A DNA stretch of 64,000 nt, from the NCBI GenBank assembly GCA_965222225.1, contig CBDCTK010000002.1, positions 3,616,001 through 3,680,000 of the forward strand, read 5' to 3'. Shown here piece after piece: positions 51,946 to 61,385 of the stretch. The position numbers and the translations under genes are program-made. Position 1 is the first letter of the stretch. Every line of letters starts with the position of its first letter. The stretch comes from Candidatus Poribacteria bacterium (lineage in GTDB: Bacteria > Poribacteria > WGA-4E > JAJDTR01). The notes below the pieces were generated by a model. It ran no database searches. It was not told where the DNA came from and saw nothing but the letters and a program-made list of their open reading frames with translations.

Positions 51946-52180
51946 ATGTGTACTCCCTCCCTAACGGGCGCCCAAATGGGCTCCGTCCGTGAATTTCCCA
52001 AAACGAATCTTCGTATCACGATTCATAACGTGGTCCTCAGTATACCTTGTTCTCTTCGCCGGTTAAATCAATGTGTGGTTTCTTGCACGGTATATCGCCA
52101 TAGGGCATCAAAGTGATGTACGGTAGCTTAGAAGAGCCGCCGACTCCTTCCCATTTCACCCACGGACTTCTGAGTCCCAC

Positions 52181-52776
52181 TGCTCGCTCTGGGATGAGTC
52201 GGTAGACACTCAGGCTATTTTGCAAAAGATAACGTTCGATGAATTGCCAAGCTTCTTCTTTTGCAAAGTAGCTAATACCATTTCGCTTGAATAATAGTGC
52301 ATATAATGTCAGAATTATACCGTTTACTTTCTCCGTAGGCGGGGCATCTTGCCCCGCCGACTTTGCGCGGAGACAAGGCGTCTTACTCCGCTCCTCGCAA
52401 GTTTCTTTACTTGATACTTGATCCACGTAATCAATGCACTTGCATTTTAGAGAAATGGTATTAGCACTTGAGAAAGTCGATCATCACTGAAATCGGTAGG
52501 GCGGAGCGGTGTGCCAAGCAATTCGGAAAGAATATCCTGATGCTCAACCGCCCAATCCTCAACAGCCACTTTTCGGCGATCTCCTTCTGAAAGGACGTAG
52601 GCGATCCAACCGATGACCAATTGCCCAATTGATAGTTCTTGATGCAACCAGTGACGATTTATCGCCTCGTCAATCACATTATCAAGACCTAGATGCTGTT
52701 GTCGCGATATCAATAACGGAATGTCCTCAAGTCATTCGATGACGACTTCTTGATTGCGTTGAAATCGAGTAGTCAT
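52181..52776 (-). mobile_element. IS1634-like transposase 5' remnant, interrupted by a MITE
   Basis: DIPLL...LGL..VID...HW.HQ.LS.G...W.AY.LSEGD...DFSDDRL..VL / SYFAKEEAW..IE..L....VY.L. Confidence 0.7.
52276..52460. mobile_element. 185-bp MITE with the same TACCA(A/T)TTC end type as 47014..47691
   Basis: TIRs TACCATTTC...AGTGCAT (21/27 match) flanked by TAA/TTA. Excision leaving 3 bp restores the transposase frame. Confidence 0.75.
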
Positions 52777-52900
52777 ACTCTATCTCAACGTCTTACTTCA
52801 ACTTTTCAACTTCGCATTATGCGAACCGTAAGCACTACCTTTGGTAGTCCGATACTATAAGAAGGTTCAACCGTTAGAGGTATTATAATGTACCTCCCTA

Positions 52901-53141
52901 ATACTACAACCGCATTCAGTGGCGAGGACCTCTGTAGGGGCGGGTTCACTCTATGACAGAAACCGATGTGAGGTCGGCATTGCGTTCTATAACAAGGGCG
53001 TCAGTACGCCCGCTATGGCGGAAACCCGCCCAGAACAAATTCGAGGTTTCTCCTTTGACAACGCGGAGTCAGTGCAATGGAGTGTGTATCTGCAATAAAC
53101 GCCGTGTTAGCAAGATCAAATCTGCACCCACAAACACACTA
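52901..53141. repeat. ~230-bp direct repeat, copy 1
   Basis: Aligns with 55034-55256 (AACCGCATT, AGGGGCGGGTT.ACTCTATGACAGAAACCGA, ATGGCGGAAACCCGCCCA, GTGTGTATCTGCAAT, ACAAACACACTA). Confidence 0.85.
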
Positions 53142-53329
53142 ATGTGTATAGATCCGGTTGTAGTACTAAGTTGTATCTTCCGGTCGCGGCTCAAGCGAAA
53201 CCGCGAGGTCTCAGAGGGTGTTTCAAAAGGTAAACTTGAAGCTAAGAAAGCACAGCGGCCTTGGGTATCGTAATCTGAAGCATTTCTCCCTGCGTGCGCA
53301 GAGAAATGCGGACGCGCAGACGCTGTTTA

Positions 53330-53489
53330 GAGCTTGTTTGAATAATGGGCGGCAAAGAATTTTTAGGCTATTGGAGGCTGGTGCGCAGTGCGCACCCTAC
53401 AGGATTTCGCAAGAAGAAGCCGAGTTTTCAAGAAGAAACGCCGTTTCAGGACAAATTGCTCTAACGGAAATGAATTTTCAAACAAGTTC
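53330..53489. mobile_element. 160-bp MITE with IS5-like GAGCTTGTTTGAA ends
   Basis: GAGCTTGTTTGAA / TTCAAACAAGTTC ends with TTA direct repeats. A further matching right end lies at 54907-54926. Confidence 0.7.
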
Positions 53490-53518
53490 TTAGCACAGTA
53501 AATGTCAAAGAGCCTTTT

Positions 53519-54514
53519 CTATTCGCTCTTCTGCTTAAGCCAGCCCCATATTGCTCGGAGCTTGCCACCAGGGGAGACAGGATACCGAGCACGATCAAAC
53601 CAGGCAGGATTCTTGTCAGAGCCAGGAACTGCCGCTAGTCTGCGTTGCTTTTTCCCATCGGCATCCATAACGTAGATTTCATAGTTCCCATCCCGCTTGG
53701 AGTGGAAGGCGATACTTTTACCGTCAGGAGACCAGGCAGGAGACTCGTCCTTCGCGGGATCGTCTGTTAGTCTACGTTGATTTTTCCCATCGGCATCCAT
53801 AACGTAGATTTCCTCGTTCCCGTCTCGCTTGGAGTGGAAGGCGATACTCTTACCGTTAGGAGACCAGTCTGGATCCCGGTCCTTCGCGGGATTGTTTGTT
53901 AGCCTGTATTGATTCTTTCCATCGGCATCCATAGCGTAGATTTCACTGTTTCCATCCCGCTCGGAGTAGAAGACGATACTTTTACCGTTAGGAGACCAGT
54001 CTGGAGAACTGTCAGTCGCGGGATTGTTCGTTAGCCTGGTTTGATTGTTCCCATCGGCACCCATAACGTAGATTTCCTTGTTACCGTCCCGATCGGACCA
54101 GAAGGCGATCCTTTGAGCGTAAGGATGCCAGGCTGGATTGCCGTCACTCGGGGCATTGTCGGTTATCTGGCGTTGATTTTTCCCATCGGCATCCATAACG
54201 TAGATTTCAAAGTCCCCACCCCGACTGGAGTAAAAGGCGATACTTTTACCGTCAGGAGACCAGTCTGGATTTTGGTCGAAGGGCTCGTTGACTTCAACTT
54301 CAAAAAAGTCACCTCCCGTTACGTCGCGTTGATTCTCCCCATCGACATCCATAACGTAGATCCTCATACCCCACAAGATATCAAGATTGCCCTTGTCCCG
54401 AGAGGTCTGGAAGGCGATCTTTGCTTCTTCGCGCGCTTGTGCGGGTATAGATAGCGCAACGCCACTCAACACTAGGACGCAACTTAGCGCGATACGCATA
54501 AGTTTCTTTTTCAT
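53519..54514 (-). CDS. Secreted PD40/TolB-like beta-propeller protein with the conserved C-terminal motif
   Basis: Signal peptide, about six WSPDGKSIAF.S.RDGN.EIYVMDADG repeats, tail VSPGGKLRAIWGWLK. Confidence 0.9.
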   Translation of the reverse strand: MKKKLMRIALSCVLVLSGVALSIPAQAREEAKIAFQTSRDKGNLDILWGMRIYVMDVDGENQRDVTGGDFFEVEVNEPFDQNPDWSPDGKSIAFYSSRGGDFEIYVMDADGKNQRQITDNAPSDGNPAWHPYAQRIAFWSDRDGNKEIYVMGADGNNQTRLTNNPATDSSPDWSPNGKSIVFYSERDGNSEIYAMDADGKNQYRLTNNPAKDRDPDWSPNGKSIAFHSKRDGNEEIYVMDADGKNQRRLTDDPAKDESPAWSPDGKSIAFHSKRDGNYEIYVMDADGKKQRRLAAVPGSDKNPAWFDRARYPVSPGGKLRAIWGWLKQKSE

Positions 54515-55033
54515 CGTAAACCTCCTTGGAGCTCTGATGCCTTACATGAAAACAGTGACGGTTCTTTTCGCTTGGTCTCAATACGTCGCTTCGTTCCTAC
54601 TCGACCAGCGTTCGCTAATTGACAAAGAATACTAGACGGTTAGGGTAACATTTTTTGTAACTGTTTAGTTCAGTTTATGGAACTGGAAAAAGAGCACCGC
54701 ATTATGGCAATCGCACCTGATTCTAGAGCTGGAGAGATCTTCTTTGCAATCACTAAATTACTGATTTTCCTCGTTCTCTTTACACGAGCATCAAAAGCCC
54801 CAGCGGGCGACACGTGTATAGAAACGTGGATTCACCACACACCCCAAGCCCCAGAGGGGCGACATGTGCATAGAAACTCAAATGGCCGAAAATGGCTCTC
54901 CCCCCTATTATTCAAACAAGCTCTAAGCAGTTACCATTTTTTAAAACCACAGAGGCACGAAGACACGGAGTTTTTTCTTTTCTCTGTGTTGCTTCTGTGC
55001 CTTCGCGGTAAAAATGAATTAACTCAATGATTC

Positions 55034-55256
55034 ATACTAGAACCGCATTTAGGGGCGGGTTTACTCTATGACAGAAACCGAATGTCAGGTGGGCATTGCG
55101 TGTCATAACAAGGGCGTCAATACACCCGATATGGCGGAAACCCGCCCAAGGCAGATTTGGGTTTCTCCTTTGAGAACGCCGAGTCAGTGCAATGAAGTGT
55201 GTATCTGCAATGAACGCCCGGTTGGCAAGACTAAATCTGTCCCTACAAACACACTA
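55034..55256. repeat. ~230-bp direct repeat, copy 2
   Basis: Partner of 52901-53141. Confidence 0.85.
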
Positions 55257-55416
55257 GTGGTCAACCAAATTAGTTTATTGGGTTATTTCCGCTTTCCTCG
55301 GGCCCGCCCACCAAGGCGCCTCATTCCCTCCCCCTGACGGTTCAGGGGGCAGACAATTCTGGGAAAGCATAGCATTCTGGGTATTTCAAGTTGCGACTCT
55401 TCAAGTCCCCCTTTTC

Positions 55417-55537
55417 ATGAAGATTAACAATTTAATTCGGTAATTTCTTGGTGAAGCCCGGTAGGTGCGGTTAGGAAACCGGACCTACCGGGCCTGGGGG
55501 AAATATAGAATTACCGAAATATTTATTTAAACTTCAT
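55417..55537. repeat. Nested palindromic MITE/REP element
   Basis: ATGAAG..TTCGGTAATT / AATTACCGAA..CTTCAT arms surround CCGGTAGGT..ACCTACCGG. The element sits between CCCCCTTT and AAAGGGGG. Confidence 0.65.
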
Positions 55538-56007
55538 CCAAAGGGGGATTTAGGGGAATTTTTGAAATGTGAATCTCCTCGTCAAATCCCCCTAACCGCC
55601 CTTTACGAAAGGGTGGAACAAAAGTGTCCACCCCATTCATCATGAGTCCGTAAAGGGGGTAACATCTTGCATCCTCCTGGTGACAGATTTCTAGTTCTGT
55701 TTAAGAATAAACTGGCGGGATGCAAGGTTTCAGAGCGCGATTAAATTTAAAAGATACAACTTCCTGATAGGGGACACAAAAAACGACTCAAATCCAGAGT
55801 TGGACTGAATTTGAGCCATTTGAAAAAACTATTGGTTTTCAGCTTATCGTGTATTGGTCAAGATGATGAGTTACACCCCCATTTGGATGCCCGACTTCAG
55901 TCGGGGGCGATGGCCGTCTCGACTGAAGTCAAGCATCCAGCGTCAAGAGACTGTGCGTATTTAACGGCGCACTGCCAATCATCTTGTTGACCAATACAGT
56001 TTCTAGC

Positions 56008-57012
56008 TTATCGACTGCTCTTGATTTCTCCCCATGAGGTTGTCAGCTTGCCAGCAGGGGAGACAGATGTGGGCGGCGGGGCAAAAGCAGGATCAAAGTA
56101 GACACCATTTAACTCCCCTGCGTCCACTATCAGCTCGCTCGCCTCGGAAGTACCGTCGGCATTCGCAATCCAGGTATGGCCCCCGCCGTTGATCAAGATC
56201 CTACCGTCAGGAGTCCAGTCGCTCGGCCAGCCACCTCCAGGTCCATCGGGGAAGGCTTCTTTGATCATCGCACTCAGGTTTCGTTCATTGCCGCCATCGG
56301 CATCCATAACCCAGGTTTGCAGCCCATCAGCTCGATTGCTCCAGAAGGCGATACTTTTACCGTCAGGAGACCAGACTGGATCCCGGTCAGTGCCGAGACT
56401 GCCTGTTAGCTTGATTTGATTGCTTCCATCGGCATCCATAACCCAGATATCATCGTTCCCGCCCTGCCCGGAGGAGAAGACGATACGACCGTCAGGCCCC
56501 CAGTCTGGCTGTACGTTTCCGATCCCTTCTTCACTGTCTGTTAGTTCACGTCGATTGCTACCATCAATATTTACACTGACGATTTGACGGAATTCATCAG
56601 GCGCATAGGTCTCGAAGCAGACACTTTTGCCGTCAGGAGAGAACGATGGGCCCAGGTCACCCACAGTCGGACTGTCCGTTACCTTGCGTAGATTGCTACC
56701 ATCGACGTTTATAAGCCAGATCTCAGCCAGCCAACCGTCGTGAATCCTATCGCTGGAAAAGGCGATAGTTTTACCGTCAGGAGACCATGCTGGATAGCCG
56801 TCCATGGCCACATTGTCTGTTAGCCTTCGTTCGTTACTCCCGTCAGCATTCGCAACGTAGATGTCGGAGTCCTTATCTGATACCGCAATGTCCTGATTCC
56901 GATTGGTCATCCAGGCAATCATTTGTGCGTCTATACATAGCACAGCGACGCTGAACAGTAGCACGCAACTTAGCGCGATACACGTAGCTTTCGTTCCCAT
57001 TTGCATTCTCAT
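56008..57012 (-). CDS. Secreted PD40/TolB-like beta-propeller protein with the conserved C-terminal motif
   Basis: SD GAAGGAG before ATG at 57012, signal peptide, WSPDG repeats, tail VSPAGKLTTSWGEIKSSR. Confidence 0.9.
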   Translation of the reverse strand: MRMQMGTKATCIALSCVLLFSVAVLCIDAQMIAWMTNRNQDIAVSDKDSDIYVANADGSNERRLTDNVAMDGYPAWSPDGKTIAFSSDRIHDGWLAEIWLINVDGSNLRKVTDSPTVGDLGPSFSPDGKSVCFETYAPDEFRQIVSVNIDGSNRRELTDSEEGIGNVQPDWGPDGRIVFSSGQGGNDDIWVMDADGSNQIKLTGSLGTDRDPVWSPDGKSIAFWSNRADGLQTWVMDADGGNERNLSAMIKEAFPDGPGGGWPSDWTPDGRILINGGGHTWIANADGTSEASELIVDAGELNGVYFDPAFAPPPTSVSPAGKLTTSWGEIKSSR

Positions 57013-57784
57013 GATAAACTCCTTCTTAAGTTTTGGATTCAAGTTTTGCAAGCCCTGTAAAATCTAAGCGTCAACATTGCAGGACTTCTGCACTAAAGAG
57101 GTCGATTCTACGACCTGCACAATGGTAACTATTCACCGCAGACACATTCTCACATAAATTATGCCGTACTCTTAGCCCAACTGTCAAGAAAATTCCAGCT
57201 TTAGATGGGAGCTGTCCATGTGTGACCGTTCCATAGACCTAATCTGCTAGTCTCACGGGGTTCAGGGGCAACAATCCAGTAAAATCAGGGGTTCAGTTCC
57301 AACTTGACATACCCCTCAAACCCGCAGCCGGGTTGACACGTTCAAACACCGTTTTATGGGAATTTGCCAAAACGGATGTTTTGGGGACGCAAAACAAGCG
57401 TCTTTTGGGCCAAGATCCGCCCCGGGTGTGGATTGATGCGGTTTGAGGGTGGAAGATCGTATGTCAACAAAATTGTGGATTTAACGGTCTCGTCCATGTC
57501 TCTCGTTATACCAGTTCCAGATCCAAATACCTCTAACCCTCCTTGGAGGATCAGTGATGGACGGAACTGCTTTCGTATTACTGCCGGCTGACGGCTCATC
57601 CTTGGCTCAGGAGTTCACCGGAGTAATTCATGTCAATGTAATTTAGGACGCGTCACTAAACCCGCCTTTGTACAAAAGTATAATACTGAGGTGCGTCAGG
57701 CCAAACGCACCTGATTAAGGTATAAGAAACTAAGGCCATCAAATCAAGATGGAACAACGCATCATTTCTTGTAGGACGGGCATT

Positions 57785-57975
57785 GCGATCAAATGAGCGA
57801 ATAGCGATGCGATAGAGATCCCACCAGCCTATGAAAGCGCCAGCGGCGATCAAGCGAGCGAATAGCGAGTGCGATAGAGTTCCTCAGGTGTATAGCGATA
57901 CCAAGTCACCCTAAACCAAAGCCTCAGCGCGGGATCAAACGAGTGAACAACGAGTGCGATAGAGATCCCGACAGG
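57785..57975. repeat. Three spaced copies of a ~39-bp dispersed repeat (family C)
   Basis: Consensus GGGATCAAGCGAGCGAATAGCGAGTGCGATAGAGATCCC. Other copies at about 4815-4887, 11441-11480, 27008-27047, 36211-36318 and 42305-42398. Confidence 0.75.
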
Positions 57976-58381
57976 CTACTTGATCTCAGAAACACTGGCG
58001 ACTTTCTCCGATGCACTGGGGTGGGTGAGACACCAGGTCCAGTTTGCGGAGACGACTTTTTCAATGGTCAACCAAAAGACCAGATGGTTAAAATCTCCCC
58101 CGCTTTTCTTCAACGCTTGATTGACGCTTTCTGTTTTCGCGCTTGATTGTACAAAGTCGAGCTAAGTACGTATTACCTCCTACGCCTTTGTCTCTTTCTA
58201 TGAATCATGGAGAGTAGGGAGCGCAGATCTGTGTTCCCTACTCTCCATTCACCAATGTTTTTCGGAATTAGTAGCTTGTAGCTTTTAGACTGACGACAAA
58301 CATAAAACTTGGTACCCTGTCGTAAATCTTTTCGTCACACGTAGATGTCCATAGTGACTATTCTTCTCGTAGGAGTTTGCT

Positions 58382-59236
58382 ATGGACATTTTGAATCTTA
58401 TGAAAGAGTTTCCAAATCAAGAATCTTGTCTCAGATTTATAGAGGAAAAACGTTGGAAGGACGGTGTTTGCTGTATCCACTGTGGCAGTGAAAAAGTTGG
58501 ACGCAAGAACAAAAACGACATTACTACTGGTTGGAATTGCTACGATTGTGAATCTAGCTTTTCGGCTACAGCAGGAACCATCTTCCATGGTACCAAGATA
58601 CCTCTCCAGAAATGGTTTTTGGCTATCTCAATTCTTTCCAATGCCAAGAAAAGCATATCGAGTTGTCAGCTTGCTCGTGACTTGGACATGAATCAAAAGT
58701 CCGCTTGGTATATGGCAATGCGCCTCCGTGAGAAAATGAGTGATAGTGATGAATTGCTGAAAGGGATAGTTGAAGCGGACGAAACCTATGTCGGCGGCAA
58801 ACCCAGAGCAAAATCTAAGAGAGGTAGAGGCACAAATAAATCTCCCGTCATCGGCGTAGTCGAGAGAGGCGGTCGGGTGGTTGCTAAATTCATGAAGGTT
58901 CTATCTGGTGAAAATATCAGAGAATTCATCCTTAGCAATGTCTCACCCGATGAGTCTATTCTTATGACTGATGAATTTCGCTCTTACAATAGTCTGGACG
59001 AAGATATCGAAAGACATGTTATCCATCACCAAGAGAGATATGTTTCTGAGGACGGCGTAACTCACACCAACACCATCGAGTCGTTTTGGGCTTGTGTCAA
59101 GAGGTCATTCTACGGAACGCATCATCACTACAGCAAGAAGTGGCTGCCACTGTATATCATGGAGTCTTGCTGGAAATATAATCGCAGAAAAGATGATGAG
59201 ATTTTCATAAGATTTTTTGATGAATGCTTCACCTGA
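58382..59236 (+). mobile_element. IS1595-family (ISXO2-like) transposase
   Basis: N-terminal Zn ribbon, GTIFHGTKIPLQKWF, VEADETYVGG, MTDE, HTNTIESFW. AT-rich. Element ends not resolved. Confidence 0.93.
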
Positions 59237-59887
59237 GCCACATGAATTGTTTGGCTATCGGTATATTCTGTCAACGACAACATCATGGTGTGCTGAAAAT
59301 CCCATAGTGTTGGAAATTAAAATCCCGCAGATAACCCGCAATGCTCCCGCGAGCATGTACAAACGCTTGGTCAACATGATATGCCTCCATTTCTCTCTTA
59401 TAGAGATGTATTTTAGTGTGAATCAAGATTCCGAACACTGTCTAAAGTTATTGTACATTAAGAAGAGAAAAGCAAGCAAATCGACCAAAAAGCAGTTAAC
59501 TACTAAGTCCCATGTTTTTTCTTGTCACAAGCCAATGTGTTTACCGATTTTGGTCTCTTCTCTTTTCATCGCACGTCAACTCCGGCGCGAAGCTCATAGG
59601 TTGGGTTGAACGGAAATCCATGGCATATCATACACAGAGAGAGGAGTTGCGAGGTTTCATTTCGCCCAAAAACTCCGAAATTCGAGTGAAACCCAACACA
59701 TCGTCGCAAACAATCGACAATCATCAAGTTCTCGATTGCTCCGCATGTCGATAATTCACTTCGCATAGTTCCACGTTTTTGATATAATCTGCGCGAAATT
59801 TCAGAATAGCCCGCCAATGCCAAAGGACGCTTCCCATCCCTTCGTCGACCAACAAACGTCTTGTTTACCTAAAGCGACGATAAAAGA

Positions 59888-60225
59888 ATGACGCCTGAAC
59901 AGCGATATCAGTTTGACACCATCGGATCCTTCACTTGGAGGACGTTCTCACACCTGAGGAGTTGCGGCGCGCTTAGGAAGCTGTCGACCGTTATATCAAC
60001 TCGCCACCCGAAAAACTGCCAGTCGGCTTTAGTTTCAGGAATCGGGCACAGCACAAACACTATCTGCGCGGGTTCGCATTCGACCAAGCGCTCGAACACT
60101 TGACGATTCATCCATCAGTTTGGCAAATTATAAAAGAGTTCACCGGAAATAAACCGTGTCTCGCCCGAGCGAACCTGATTTGCGATACACACGAGCATGC
60201 CCCGCTACATCTCCACAACGGTCCA
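59888..60225 (+). pseudogene. Phytanoyl-CoA dioxygenase (PhyH) family remnant
   Basis: MTPEQRYQFD..G, then a shifted frame LHLEDVLTPEEL...AFDQALEHLTIHP..W.IIKE.T..KP...LH with a stop. Truncated. Confidence 0.7.
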
Positions 60226-60263
60226 GGTAAAACCATGGGACTCGGCGTCAACAAGGGAGGTTA

Positions 60264-60734
60264 ATGATGAACTCATGCGATCCGACCATCGAAGCTGAGG
60301 TCATGAGAGTGCATGATGAGTGGCAGGGGACATTCCGCGGACGAGACATGCAGGCTTGGGAAAGGACATACCATTTCCCGCACTATCGATTGGGTCTGGC
60401 AAGCGGAGAGATGCGTGTGCTGCCTGAACCGGGCACTCAGGACCCCGAATCATTCACACGCCTTGCAGCGAGGGGCTGGCATTATAGCAAGTGGACACGA
60501 CGAAAAATCATCCATGCGTCCGACACAAAAGTGCACGTGAATGTTCAATTCACGAGATGCCGAAAAGATCGTACTCCCATAGAAAGTTTTGACGCGCTCT
60601 ACATTTTGACCAAAGTAGACGGAAGATGGGGTGTTAAGATGCGGTCGAGTTACGCAGGGAAAGAGATTCTAAACCGTCAACTCCCGCGGCGATACCTGTT
60701 CTTTCCCACAAGGTCGGCACCCATCTCAAAATAG
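60264..60734 (+). CDS. NTF2/SnoaL-like protein
   Basis: F..RD..AW...HFPHYR...KVHVNVQFTR...LYILTKVDGRWGVK.RSS. SD GGAGG. Confidence 0.7.
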   Translation: MMNSCDPTIEAEVMRVHDEWQGTFRGRDMQAWERTYHFPHYRLGLASGEMRVLPEPGTQDPESFTRLAARGWHYSKWTRRKIIHASDTKVHVNVQFTRCRKDRTPIESFDALYILTKVDGRWGVKMRSSYAGKEILNRQLPRRYLFFPTRSAPISK

Positions 60735-60970
60735 CCCGTACTTTCCGACTGGTGAACGCACGTTGGGAATTGCATTTACATTCTTCAAGATTCTAGTCTA
60801 TAATATCAATAATATCAATACAAAAACCGTGACATCTAGGTTGCGCCCTATGCCCAAGGCTACTTCAATTTGTGGCACAAAGTTGCGGTTAACAGTCAAG
60901 TTAATGGCTTACCCAAATCCGAATCTGTAGTTAATCATAACGAACCATCTTAACGTTCTATAAGGAGATT

Positions 60971-61351
60971 TTGCCAGTGGAATACGAATTTCATCATGTA
61001 CACCTTCGTTGCGAAGATCTGGATGCGGCTATCGATTTTTATGAAAATGTGCTCAATGGGAAGATTACCGAGCGTTTGGAACTTGGTGGTATGCTTATTG
61101 TTCGCATGGAGGTAGGCGGACAGAGACTCTTTCTTTCCCCAAAGTTTGGCGATATTGATGTCGAACCCACGAGCGGAAACGCGCGTTGGGGCGTTTACCA
61201 ACTTGCGTTTCTCGTGGATGACATTGATACCGCGGTCGAGGAACTCAAAGCAAGAGGGGCACAAGCTCAAAATATCAAACCGTCCGGAAATCCAATCGCC
61301 TTCTTTGCGGGACCCGACAATGTGCAGATCGAACTGATGCAGCGCTCCTAG
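60971..61351 (+). CDS. VOC/glyoxalase family protein
   Basis: FHHVHL...DLDAAIDFY...LAF.VDDID...GPDNVQIEL. Confidence 0.88.
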   Translation: MPVEYEFHHVHLRCEDLDAAIDFYENVLNGKITERLELGGMLIVRMEVGGQRLFLSPKFGDIDVEPTSGNARWGVYQLAFLVDDIDTAVEELKARGAQAQNIKPSGNPIAFFAGPDNVQIELMQRS

Positions 61352-61385
61352 TTTGCACAGATGTCAACACACCTTACGGCTCCAT

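Noticed and set aside
52953-55337. ORFs 52953..53273 and 55068..55337 as a duplicated small protein (MTET...)
   Set aside because: Similarity is confined to the non-coding ~230-bp repeat, and the C-termini diverge beyond it.
47115-57012. Diversity-generating retroelement (Avd-like gene plus near-identical 3' repeats)
   Set aside because: No reverse transcriptase is present. The ~80-bp shared tails are both coding ends, and their few differences are not an adenine-specific TR/VR pattern.
48815-57012. True tolB of a Tol-Pal operon
   Set aside because: There is no TolB N-terminal domain and no tolQRA or pal, and the genes are multiple paralogs.
57785-57975. CRISPR array
   Set aside because: The repeats are degenerate, the spacers are unequal (about 20 and 42 bp), the unit is dispersed across the window, and there are no cas genes.
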